From Entomortierella parvispora E1425 (lineage: Eukaryota; Fungi; Mortierellomycota), in the NCBI GenBank assembly GCA_020891255.1, contig BQFW01000006.1, forward strand, positions 1,426,001 through 1,490,000: DNA of 64,000 bases. Direction: 5' to 3'. The notes beneath the pieces are model-generated. The model was given only the letters and a program-made list of their open reading frames with translations, had not been told where the DNA came from and did not search any database. Below, piece after piece: positions 53,173 to 64,000 of the stretch; positions within the stretch are counted from its first letter, which is position 1, and each line of letters opens with the position of its first letter. A program made the translations under genes and the position numbers.

Positions 53173-53408
53173 CAGCCTGCTTTCCAAGGTCCTCTTGCTC
53201 CGTAACCTTTTCACTTTCTCCTAAGGCACACAACACACGCACTCACTCGCACATATACACACAAACCCCCAGCCTCCCCCCATCTTCCTTGTATTTATTC
53301 TACTTTTCAGTCGACCTCAAAATATCGGCTGCCCCTTCCCCCTTCCTCTCAATCAGCCAACTACATATCTCTGCTACATCCATATCCCTATCCCTACCCC
53401 TATCCACC

Positions 53409-53603
53409 ATGCACTGCTGCACAGGCGCCTCTCCGTCTCAGATGCCTTCACGCCGGTTCCCCAGTCAGACAGTTTCAAGCGACGATGATAACATTTTCCT
53501 AGAGGAGATCGAGCCTCAACAAGATGAGGTGGAGGAGGAGGAAGAGGAGGAGGAAGACGTCCAAGGCGAAGCAGAGGAAGACCGTACATCTGACAGCGAG
53601 TAA
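53409..53603 (+). CDS. Small acidic protein B (64 aa; 53 aa if the Met at 53442 is used)
   Basis: MHCCTGASPSQMPSRRFPSQTVSSDDDNIFLEEIEPQQDEVEEEEEEEEDVQGEAEEDRTSDSE. Start context CACCATG; upstream TATA box. Confidence 0.62.
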   Translation: MHCCTGASPSQMPSRRFPSQTVSSDDDNIFLEEIEPQQDEVEEEEEEEEDVQGEAEEDRTSDSE

Positions 53604-55580
53604 AAAATCTCAAATGGCGAAGCTCATGGAAAAGGGAGTAGCTCAGCCATTGTGGAACTCAGGACCAGCTCGGCTCGCTCTAAAAAGGTTAAACTGAATC
53701 AGCCTCAGATGTTCGTGCAACCAAAACAGTTGTGCACGAAAAAAAGGGAGGACAGCTCACAAGAGGAGCTTTTCAGCCTCCCATGTAACAATAACAAAGA
53801 TAACAGCAACAACAACAACAACAACAACACCCCTGTACAATGACTGTAGTTATAGAAAAATAAAAAGCACCTGTGAAATCATTTCGGGCCGCAATTGCTG
53901 TTGCAACATGCTTTTTGGCTTCGCCATATCTGTGGCTTCAAAAAGGCGCAGGGAGGCAAAGAGCTGTGCAGGGTGGGTGGTGTTTTCGTCTTATCTCACT
54001 TCAATCTATCGTGCATGACACCCGCCGCCGCGGATAGATAGAGAAGTGAGAAGGTTCCTCCTCTCGTCCATGGAGAGCCAGTAGTAGAGCGGAAGTGGAA
54101 GGCAGTAAAGCTTTGTCCTCGGCAACCCAACACGATACTACTTAGCCATTTGCTATCTTGGATGAAGGAAATAGACCAGGGGATCAGGGGTGAAATAGGA
54201 GAGAGAGTGGAGGCAAGGGGATAGCCTTCCATGGATACTTCCAACAAAGTTGCGAGAGGAAGAGCTCTGTTTTCGCGACGCCGAGAGCACGAATAGCCAC
54301 AGTTGAGGTTGTGGCTCAAAAAAAAAATGCCTCAAATTCGTCCGTTGGATGATCACAGAAGGCATTGAGAACATTCTGTCGACGTTGACAGAACCTACTA
54401 GATCTTCCGGCTCAATGACTTTACGCCCTCAACCTTCTTTTGGCCTTGATCACCCATTCTCTTTACTATTTTCCTTGTAATCTCCTCAATGGCCCTGATT
54501 GACTCTGCCATGCAGTACCCCACAGCCACTTTCGAACATTCGGGCCAACATTAGCGCTCTTTGCCCACCTCTGCTCTAATGATGAGGGCATGCGGGCCCT
54601 TTGTGAAGCTGTGGAACCCCCAAAACAAGCGCCATCTCCCGATCCAACGCGCCCTACTTCCAGGTAACACCAATTCGCCACCCCAGATCAAGCGAGGCAA
54701 AGGGCGGGGGCGGCCAAAGCAAAAAATTCATTAGTTGCACTTGCACACACCTCCGTAGATCAAAGGAGATAGATAATAGATCCCACGCTTGTAGAGGGGA
54801 GGGACGAAGAGCCAGAAGTCTACCCAGATCACTTTCTTGCTCCAACTTTGGTTGAAAATAGAACTAGGCAAAGTGGGATTAGCTTTGCCACGGTGCTTCT
54901 TGCAAAGTCGAAGCAGTACGAGTAAGAAAAATAGGCCAAAGAGTGAAAATAGAGTAAGTCGATGAGGGAGAGAGAGAGAGAGGGTGGGCGGGAGAGGAGG
55001 GGGGTCATCTGTCATTAGAATCAACGGGAAAGCTGGTCAATGATCTATCCTCGCGTACGATACCGTTTTTTCTCCCTCCTTTGCCATTTTTGGTCTTGAT
55101 CAAGCGCGCTCTGTTGCTGGAGATGTGAGGAACATTGGGTCGTTGTTATTCAACTAGCACATCCTTCCCACCCCACCCCCACACCATATTTTTATCCGTC
55201 AGTCGATCTGCAGCCTCGGAATTTAAAATATATCCTTCGGTGCAAGGCAAAGCTGTAAACATTCCAACGGCCTGACATCCTCTTATCCTTTCCCGCCACT
55301 TTTTTGTATGAGGAAAGTGGAAGAACAGAAGGCCGGCATATTTAATCGGTGAAGGCATTTTCTTGCTCAATCGACTCGTCGTCATAGAAGCACCCACTAT
55401 TTTCTCCCGCACATTTTGGTCGTGAACAATGTTCATCGACGTTATCACCCACTCAGATCACGATCGCGTTTGGGCTGTATAACTTTGCCGAAGACTTGGC
55501 AAGCTCCAAGCAAATTGTCGAAGTGAAGTTGATATAGTCCACAAGACTGACCCGAAGGACATCGGGAGCAAAAGAGATGG

Positions 55581-55588
55581 TATAAAAA
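55581..55588 (+). promoter_or_regulatory. Putative TATA box for small ORF C
   Basis: GGTATAAAAAC, 133 nt upstream of ATG 55714. Confidence 0.5.
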
Positions 55589-55713
55589 CTTAGGGCTTCT
55601 GTCTCTTTCTCCCTCCAACCCATCGACCTCAGCAATCATCTTCTTACTCATCTTCATCTCCATCTTCATCCTCATACTCTTCCAAGCATTCCCACCCCTG
55701 TTCACCAACAAAC

Positions 55714-55980
55714 ATGAGCTATCGCAGTCAACCTTCTCGGAACTTCCCTTCTGCTACAGATTCTGATCATGGAAAGTATGTTGAGCTCAATCAAGAAGAT
55801 ACTTCCGAACAGTCCGAAAATCACGGTCAAGGTGGTCAGGGCGGCGGCCAAGCAGGTCAGGGAGGTCAAGGAGGTCAGGGAGGTCAAGGCGGCCAAGGTG
55901 GTCAAGGCGGCCAAGGTGGTCACGGTGGTCAAGGCGGTCAAGGTGGTCAAGGCGGCCAGGGCGGCCAGGGCGGAAACTAA
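55714..55980 (+). CDS. Small protein C (88 aa) with a (GQG)n glycine/glutamine tail
   Basis: MSYRSQPSRNFPSATDSDHGKYVELNQEDTSEQSENH followed by about 16 GQG-type units. Start context CAAACATG. Repeat codons vary mainly at third positions. Confidence 0.72.
   Translation: MSYRSQPSRNFPSATDSDHGKYVELNQEDTSEQSENHGQGGQGGGQAGQGGQGGQGGQGGQGGQGGQGGHGGQGGQGGQGGQGGQGGN
55825..55974 (+). repeat. Degenerate 9-bp coding tandem repeat (ggN caR ggN)n
   Basis: Units such as ggtcaaggt, ggtcaggga and ggccaaggt are read directly from the sequence. Confidence 0.9.
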
Positions 55981-57339
55981 GACGACCAAGTGCATGGTCT
56001 CCCTCTTTCCGTCTCGAGTCTTGTCACACAAGATTTAAGGTGCTACGAATGGCTCCTCGATAGCTTGGAAAGAGATCATCAACTACTCGCAAGGGCCCTC
56101 TTCAAGAACAACGTGAACAAACAGAGGGACGCACAGCAACTGCGTTGGCACCATCGTTCTAGTCTTTCGTTTTCCACATCCATCGTATATAGTTTGTTCA
56201 TTAAAGGAATCAAAAACAAACAATTTCCTACGGCGAAGTAGAGGCAAAGTAGCGGATACAACTGCCAATCAAAAGGGGGAAATAATTTCAAAAGGAGATA
56301 CCAAAAGGGAAAGGAGATCTGTGGAAGAAAAAGTGAGAGTCAAAGACGTTTCTATCTAGGATACGTCCAACGACTTGCGAAGGGGGTGGCATGCCCCAGG
56401 AGTGTAATGGTATCTTTGCCCAGTCCCCAGAGGCACATCTTTGGCAAAGCGAGGCCAAAAGTAGATTATTCGAGGGACCAATTGACGTCGATGAGGGGGT
56501 ACCTGAACGGAAATGGACGTGGATGCAAGTAGGAAAAGTGAAAAGGTAGAAAGGACAGCATCTTTCTTTTTTGGCAGTCGACTGTCTCGAGGCGGATTTT
56601 TTTTTGTTTTTTGAGAGCACCTTCCCTTTTGACCAGCTGCATTGTGGTTTTGCAAGGACACAGAGGGCACCCGCAGGGCTCGGCCAATTAGGTCAGGAAA
56701 GACGGTCTACTCTCTCTCTCTCTCTTTCTCTTTTGGTCAAGTGCACGGGAAGGGTGACGGATGGAAAGTGAGGATTGTTCTAACGACTGTGGCTGAAAAA
56801 ATTGGAGTTGCGGCCTTCTTTGACTGCACCTAGACGCAACGGCCAGGTTCTCATCCTGGAATAGTTTGCCTCCAAATCAAGGGTCGACGGTTGAGCGATT
56901 ACATTTCACACCATCACCTATGCCATCCATAGAGAATAGTCCTTGTTCGTCATTTCATCCTGTCATCTGGCAGCGGCTAAGGAAGGAGACCTGTTGAGGT
57001 GCCATAGCTCCTCAGGTGAAGAAAAAAACTGTTTTTCGTCAAACCCGTGGGACATAACTGGGGAGTGGATCCTGCCTTTTCCTCGTCTCTACGCCTGCTA
57101 GTCGTAGGAAGTGCTCAAGGGAAAGACGGAAGAGAAAAAAAAAGAAGAATGGGAAAAAGAAGAATGAGGGAATTGCTTAAGCACGCACAGACAAAAAAAA
57201 AAAAGCACAGCCACTCACATACCCTTCTCTTTTCCAATTCTATAGAGAACGAGAAAAAGAACTCCATTCTCTCTACTCTTGCGATGCTCTAGGTCACTGA
57301 GCAGATGCAAGGCGGAGTAGCCCGTTGCTCGCTGTACAA

Positions 57340-57347
57340 TATAAAAA
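57340..57347 (+). promoter_or_regulatory. Putative TATA box for small ORF D
   Basis: AATATAAAAAC, 72 nt upstream of ATG 57412. Confidence 0.5.
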
Positions 57348-57411
57348 CCTTCTGTCAAGTACTACCTTTTTCTTCAAAATATCAACTCTTCTTCCTACGC
57401 CAATAATCTCC

Positions 57412-57588
57412 ATGCCATCTCAACAGCAACCAAGCCGCAAACTCCGTGTTGCGACCAACGCCACCGATGACGAGTCCTTATTCATGGTCGATACAGTCGA
57501 GGAGACCACCCCTCCATCCGCTGGTGCCCCTCCCCCACCAAACAACGATCAAGCTGCCCTGGACAACGATGTGCATGGCCCCCATTAA
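57412..57588 (+). CDS. Small acidic/Pro-rich protein D (58 aa)
   Basis: MPSQQQPSRKLRVATNATDDESLFMVDTVEETTPPSAGAPPPPNNDQAALDNDVHGPH. TATA box upstream; CA-rich 3' flank. Confidence 0.6.
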   Translation: MPSQQQPSRKLRVATNATDDESLFMVDTVEETTPPSAGAPPPPNNDQAALDNDVHGPH

Positions 57589-58981
57589 GCTTCTACTCTC
57601 TCGTGCAACAAGAAATCAATGGCCCCGCCTCCTCCCAAACGCAAGCAGCCCACAGACACACAGGCACACACAGACACAGACACACACAGACAGAGCGCTC
57701 AATCGCACATTTTCACCAATTGTAACCACACACCACCGCCACAGGACATACAGTGAGGCATAGCTCCTCCTTAAATATGTCCGCTTCGCCTCTACATCAT
57801 AGAGTGCCTTGACCCTTCACCTCGGGCACACCATCTAACACGACAGCTATCCTTCTCCTCTGCGACATACACAAAAAATAAACCCCTTCCCCAAAAAAAA
57901 TTAAAAAAAATCTCCGAGTGGGTAGAATGATGATCCACGGTTTCCTTGGCTAGTTTATCCGGGCTTGCACCCTTCCCACCATCCCTACTGTCATTCCTCT
58001 CTTCCCGTGAGCCTGAGACCATGAATAGGATGTTTAGTTATTTTCGTTGTGCCTCTCCCTCCCTTTTTTCATCTTCCAACTGTGCAGGAGAGAACGTTGA
58101 AAGAGGGAACGCGGGAGAGGATGTTCATGCTGTCCATTCTTTCAAAAGATTTTTGAATGGCGAACCGAAAAAAAACCAGCTCAATTGAATCAAGTCGGAC
58201 ACTTTAATTGCACGGACCACATGCAGAGAAGAGCCAAGAGGATACCTTCATAGAGTACATACACCAAAACAACAGTATCAGTATTCCTGATCTGGTCTTT
58301 GCGCTCTTCATGTAGTCATAGGCTGTGACAAAGGCTTTCTTTGCTCAGTTCGCACGCAGGGAGTAGGCGGCCAAGCAGGTGTAGTCACTTGGACTGAGAG
58401 ACAAAGAGGAGGTAGGTTGGCAACTTGGTGATGATCTGTCTGGGGCAGGTAGCAGGCAAGAGAACGAAAGAGGGCAGGGCTTGAGAGCGCAAGTTTTATT
58501 TGATACCAGACAAACTAAGGAAAAAAGTTGGCTTCACCTTCAACTCCCTGATCTTCACCCTGCAAACCAATGGGCACACTCGTCATAACTCTCCCTCTGC
58601 GCCCTTGGTCCTCTAGGGCTGCGTACGAACAGTCAATTGCTCACATTGATGAGCTACTGGCCTGAAATTGATCCTCGTCGCCTCTAGGGCATTGTCTCTA
58701 TGTGTGCATGATGGGTTGGGGATGAAGTCGCATGTGTTGTCTGCCAAGGTGTGATTGGGATCGTCCCTGCCGCCTATGAAACCTGGGTGTGAGACAACGG
58801 ACTCGAGCAGACGAAGTACTCGCTCGTTAAAGGCCCGAGATCTTGAGAGCCAGATCGATTTTGGTTCGAGATCGAGATCCTTGGACAGAGACAGGTGGCA
58901 CGAAAATGAACCGTGGGACAATTGAACGGGGGAGGGAAAACAAATCCCTCCATTGCAAAGTTTGGTGACACCTTGATCCCT

Positions 58982-59308
58982 TTAAGAATCTTCGGTACCA
59001 CTGACACTTTCGACTTGATTGTCATCCTCGGTCCCAATGGATTCTTTGACTTTGTAAACACCCTGGGCCTCGGGCTCTTCGTCCGAGGGAGCACCGTCTT
59101 GATCAATGCTGTCGGGGGCCAGCACGATAGGGGGTGGGGAATGCACCAATGGATGAAAATGCAACAGGTACATCGGCAAGGGAAGGTTGTGCGGAAGTGG
59201 GTGCGCCATGGGCTGGGGATCAAGCCCGGGATCATCGTCGATAATGGAGAGGAACTCGGGGTAGTCTGACTGAGGAGTTTGAATGCGAGAGGAGAATCTT
59301 CGGCTCAT
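58982..59308 (-). CDS. Small acidic/Pro-His-rich protein E (108 aa)
   Basis: MSRRFSSRIQTPQSDYPEFLSIIDDDPG...SDEEPEAQG...TEDDNQVESVSGTEDS. TATAAAAA at 59429-59422; (CAACG/CA)-rich leader. Confidence 0.58.
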   Translation of the reverse strand: MSRRFSSRIQTPQSDYPEFLSIIDDDPGLDPQPMAHPLPHNLPLPMYLLHFHPLVHSPPPIVLAPDSIDQDGAPSDEEPEAQGVYKVKESIGTEDDNQVESVSGTEDS

Positions 59309-59421
59309 TTGAGGATGCGGTTGCTGTGTTGTGCGTTGTGCGTTGTGCGTGTGTGTGGGATCGTGGGTGGTAGGGGTCTGGTGAAAAAAAAGGAAAGAGG
59401 GAAAGAAAAAAAAGGTCAACA

Positions 59422-59429
59422 TTTTTATA
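59422..59429 (-). promoter_or_regulatory. Putative TATA box for small ORF E
   Basis: AGTATAAAAATG on the minus strand, ~115 nt upstream of ATG 59308. Confidence 0.5.
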
Positions 59430-60405
59430 CTTTTTTTCAGTAGGGCCCAAGCACTGGTTTGTCACAGGCAATTGAGTGACAGCAGGTGGGTGGACACGAT
59501 AAGGAGATAACTTTTATTTTCCTGGCAAACACAGGTAAATTCATTAGAGCGCTTGTTTATGTCACTGGCACATCGTGGGACACCATTGAATTGACTCAAT
59601 TCAATAAACATACATGTGTGTTGGGCTGGCCTAGAAGGGGTGCCCCTTCCAAACACACGAACAAAAAATCTAGTTGAAGAGCTGCTTGTTTCAGGGATCT
59701 GAATCTGCGCAGCTTTTGGTAATCAACACGGTTGTCGTCCGCACCACTCCAGTGTGCTCTGTCTTCTCTTTGTCCGCAGAAAAAGGTCGAACAATGATCT
59801 AAATGAACGACGTGAACGGTCAACTGGGTGTTCGAGTAGCACAGAGTAGAGTTTACCAGCACTTTCTGCTTTGTATGACAATAGAAAAAAAAAGGGGCCA
59901 ACGACCAATGGCGAGGTTTTTTTTGTGGACACAGGAATTCCATGAGTCACGATTGGTAAACGACCTCTTTTTCGAAAAGTGCTCATTCCACTTGACGACG
60001 CAGCACGATGCAGCACCTCTGTCTGAAGCATTTATAAGGACACGATCGCTAGAAGGGCAGGAAACGGAGAGACAACAGTTGCTGATGGACTCCTTTACGA
60101 TCATATTTACAGTCAAAATGGTGTATATGGCCACCAAGACTATTAAAATGAACAGTTACAAACAGTTACAGAGAAGTCTTCGATGTCAGTTATGGGATCG
60201 GAGGGTGGGCGGAAGCGCGAATCGAGCGTCCAAGCAGCCACTTCGCTAATTATAGACACTTTGGATTCAATTGGCAAATTGCCACGGTGGCCAAACTTCC
60301 TCCACTTGTTCTCGGGTGAAAAGGCAATGATTATCCTGCAAATAGCTCGAGTGGATCTCATCGTCTTTTGAAGGGACAAGTACTGCCCTCTCTTTCTCCT
60401 CTCTT

Positions 60406-60437
<32 letters not shown>

Positions 60438-60622
60438 GGTCGGAGAGCTTTTCCAACTTCAAACTAGAATCGGCGGAGCACGTCAATTGAATGACAAACA
60501 ATGCAACGGCACCCATTTAGCTGGCCAGCTTACTGCAGCCTAGGGAAGCTTTGCCTATGCCTTATTTACATTGAGAAAGGCACTATCCAGGGTGTAGTTC
60601 TTCACTCCGAAGCAGACTGCTT

Positions 60623-61092
60623 CGATTCCGTTCATCAGGAGCACGGCCGACATTGCTGCCTTCAAAAATTTGTGCGGAAATGAAGAATGATGATCGATTT
60701 ACTTCTTTTGACTAACCTGCCTCTCTTTCATTGGTCCCTCCTTTCATCGCCCGTGATGCAAGTTCTCTTTGTCTCCTGTTCCCCCTGATCCCCGCAGGAG
60801 GTCATTTTAGAAAGGAACGTGGAAGGGGTCTGTCCGTTCCCGCTCTTCATTTAACATCCGAGACTAGAGGAGCGGGTAAAAAAAAAAATAACGAAGGCAA
60901 CTGTCGAGCATGTGACGTCATGGCGTTCGGGCCACTCGGAGAATAGAGCTATACCTTTGCGAGGTACCTGAACCAAAGCCCACGTTTTTTGAAGGATTAA
61001 TTAAATTCTTCGTCGTCTTTCTTGTGAAAGGGAAGTCTTTTCAATAAGGCAAGTATTGTTTCTTCAATTTCGAAAGTCAATTGCCACTAGCG
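60623..61092 (+). repeat. Diverged direct repeat, copy 1 (partner at 62805-63274)
   Basis: The 103-nt core at 60777-60879 differs at 5 positions from 62959-63061. The exact 15-mer caattgccactagcg recurs at 61078 and 63260. Both offsets are 2182 bp. Confidence 0.9.
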
Positions 61093-62464
61093 AAAAAAGA
61101 AAAAAAGAGCGAAGAAAGGTCCCTGAGGAAAGAGAATGCACAGGTGTCAGCAGAAACCAATGATTGTATTGGCCTGGGCCAAGAAATGAATTGAGCACCG
61201 CGAGAATTCCACCCAAAATGAGAAAAAATAGGGGCAAGAGAGGGAGGGGAGGGTACAGAGGGGAGAATGTGGGGTTGCAGAAAAGAAAAAGGCCAGGGCG
61301 CACCGAACAGAGCGAGCCGTTTGGTTCGTTTGTTTTTGTGCGCCTGTGCAAACAAAACAAAAAAAAAAAAAAAAAAAAAAGAGCTCAAGCTAAGCCCTCG
61401 TTCGACTTTGTCTTGAGAGCGGTCCCGTCGGCAAGAGCCACAACATGTCATACTGTCCATGGGATGCCATGTTCTAATGACGACTCAGCAACTGCTCGCA
61501 GACAAATGAATTCATTAATAACATTACGACTCTGTTTATTTCTCCGTATCTCTGTGTTGGTGGATACATGATTGACTGGAAACAAGAGTCCCTGGGTTGT
61601 TTTCCACAGCCGGATCAGAGTCCTGTTTTTTATTTTATAATCTATTGCTTCGCCATACCACACTCTCTACAGTAGAAATGAGGCCAGCCAACTCCCTCTT
61701 TGATCCCTCTGATGGATTATAGACTTATAGTAGTATTTTGTCGCTTGAATTCGACCTCGCCCAAGCATGGGCTGGGCACTCCTTGTGCGGAAGTAAATTC
61801 CATTCATCAGAAGCCCCTCTGAGGTTCGCTACTGTTGACGGCCTCAGAACAGGGAGCTTTTCACCAGGCACAAGGTCGTCTTCTGCTGGCTCTAGCGTCA
61901 TAGGAGGGAGTCCAGTGCCTCGGAAATCAACCTCAAGGTGGTGCCGCTTGCTCGTTGGCGCGCCCTGCACAGCTTTGTTCTTCCCACTAAGGAGAACAAG
62001 CTGACTGAAAGCAGGCCATAGATATACTTGCTCTTCTGTTGTTTCCTTTAAAATAAATCTTTGGTCATCAAAGAAAAAGTTTTAAGTGCTCACTCATTCA
62101 CTCATTCGTTCCCGCTTTTTCAAGAATATAGTGGCGCGTTGGATATTACAAGTCTTCTCGGGATCCGGTGGAGCCTCTGCAGCTCAACCGTCGAAACAGC
62201 AACCACTGTCATCAATAGGGTATCGCGGCTCCAACACGGCGTGGCCAGGGTGTTGGATCGAGGATACGCGGGGTTCAAAAATCGCAGAGTGCCCTCTGGG
62301 AATGGGATTCATTCTTGACTTTCATTCAACATTACCATTGAGAGGCTTCAACATAGTACTACTTCAACACTTTTCTCCAAGCAGCTTTGTTTTCAACAGA
62401 CCAACACCTACTGAGACTTTGTGGCACGCACCTAGAGGAACAACTCCCTGCAGGAACAACAACC

Positions 62465-62716
62465 ATGAGGAACACCACCTTTAGCCCATCACACACCTCG
62501 CAAAAAGTCCCTTCGACAACTGTCAGCAAGAAAGTAGTCCCACTCAAAATCAGGAACGAGCAACGCGTCCAACGTCCATTCATCCATCAGACCCTGAGGA
62601 ACAAGTGCTCGCGTTCCACTCCTACGAATCCAGGAACAGACACCGCAGGAATATCCGTTCTTCGTTTGCACGATGCCCTGCTCCTGGACAAGTCGAGAAC
62701 CATTGATGCCTGGTAA
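62465..62716 (+). CDS. Possible small basic ORF (83 aa) or first exon of an unknown gene
   Basis: ATG in CAACCATG context, MRNTTFSPSHTSQKVPST... It ends on a possible TG|GTAAC donor followed by a polypyrimidine tract and CAG. No homology recognised. Confidence 0.25.
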   Translation: MRNTTFSPSHTSQKVPSTTVSKKVVPLKIRNEQRVQRPFIHQTLRNKCSRSTPTNPGTDTAGISVLRLHDALLLDKSRTIDAW

Positions 62717-62804
62717 CAAGAGCGCTTGTTCACTCGCACACTCTCTGTCTTTCTTTTTTCTCTTTCCCTTTCTCTCTCCCTCTCTTATTCTCCATGGACG
62801 GCCT

Positions 62805-63274
62805 CGATTCTTCGTCAGGAATTCGTCGACATTGATGGCCTCAAAGATTCTTGTGTGCAAATGAGGAGTGACGATCGACTTTAATTCTTTTGACTAACCT
62901 GCCCCTCTGACATTCTTCCTTCCGTTCATCCCCCCGGTGCAACATTCTCGTTGTCTCATGTTCCCCCTGATCCCCGCAGGAGGACATTTTAGGAAAGAAC
63001 GTGGAAGGGGTCTGTCCGTTCCCGCCGTTCATTTAACATCCGAGACTAGAGGAGCGGGTAAGAAAAATAACTCAATTGAAGACAACTTTCGAGCGTGTGA
63101 CGCCACCGCGTTCGGGCCATGCGGAGGATAGAGCTATACCTTCATGAGGTACCTGAACCAACCGCCACACGTTCCTGAGTTACTGATCAGTCATTGTGTC
63201 CACTCTATCATCTTCGTAGTGAAAGCCCAGGCTTTCGGTCAGACAGCAATAATAGAATGCAATTGCCACTAGCG
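62805..63274 (+). repeat. Diverged direct repeat, copy 2
   Basis: Same alignment as copy 1; homology decays toward the flanks. Confidence 0.9.
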
Positions 63275-64000
63275 GCAATCAAAGAGCAAAGGTGCGAGGA
63301 CTTCAGCCAGAATGAAAAAAAAAAAAAAAAAGGCAATATTAAAGGGGAGGGGACGAGGGCGAGGGAGAGGGAGAGAAGGCAGGAAATGAATGGACTTCAA
63401 TTCTAATGAAAGGCGGTCAAGGCGCAGACAACAAAAAGTGTGTCCATTGGGCCCTTAACCAGGGTTGTGTGCCTGGCAAAAGACAGAAAAGAGAGATAAA
63501 AAAAAAAGAGAGCACAGAAATTAATTTTGAGAAAACTCCCGTCGATTCTTTCAATTTTGGGTGCAGGCCACGATATGCAAATACCCCTGAAACGCTTTCC
63601 TCTTTGGCGTTGGGCATCAATGGTTAATTCTTGGTTCTCCAACTACTCGGAAGCAAAAGGATCATTATAAATAACTTATCAACTTATCGACTCAATTTAT
63701 TTCTTCATATCTCCTGCCATTTCATAGCAATGGGGCAGTGGGGCAGTGGTGGTGGAGGTGTTGGGGGAGGAGAGATCTCTCCTCGGGGCTGTCTTGTGAG
63801 GCAAGATCAGAGCTGTTTCTATTATCTTATGAGTACTGAGTGTGAGTCGAAGAGTTTGGCTCATAAAAAGGCAAGCAGATATCCTTCGAGCGGCATTGGT
63901 CTTGGTGGAAGGTCGTGGTTTGTGGAGAAAGAGAGCACAGAAATGGAGGGCGTTGCTGATCGGTCACACACATCCTCTCCGTCCAGCGGAAAATAGGGTG

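Noticed and set aside
51919-55448. Many 60-190 aa ORFs between the micro-ORFs
   Set aside because: Mostly non-ATG starts, Phe/Lys runs from homopolymers, no upstream TATA box and no shared motif. Treated as noise.
60623-63274. CRISPR array or transposon terminal repeats
   Set aside because: Only two diverged direct copies, eukaryotic context, no spacers, and no TIR/TSD or transposase/RT ORF.

Overview
Eukaryotic fungal genomic DNA with many short GT-AG spliceosomal introns and homopolymer tracts. Intron style and gene content suggest an early-diverging fungus (Mucoromycota, plausibly Mortierellaceae); this placement is inference. Bases 1-47 kb are a compact block of mostly conserved genes: a secreted pepsin-type protease, a single-pass membrane protein, GTR1/RagA, ATP19, TRM82, an alpha-arrestin, CEX1/SCYL1, MSH4, a CBM18-AA5 copper radical oxidase, RAD6, DSC3, GPI19, a LAA2-like protein, POP4, ERF2, EMC7, NTH1, an SLC41/MgtE transporter and NCS2. 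After an intronless 642-aa orphan ORF (47280-49208) the organisation changes. The next ~15 kb contain no recognisable conserved gene. Instead there are five small, intronless, acidic or low-complexity ORFs (58-108 aa), each behind its own TATAAAA box. They share an N-terminal (P)S[RK]x0-1[FLY] motif followed by a short hydrophobic patch and an acidic or disordered tail. This candidate micro-protein cluster is the most novel signal in the window. It is followed by an old tandem duplication with a period of about 2.18 kb. Other leads are a 614-nt ATP19 intron with a U12-like donor and a structured core, and a hevein domain whose chitin-binding aromatics are replaced by His/His/Ala. Exon boundaries were read by eye; no database searches were run.
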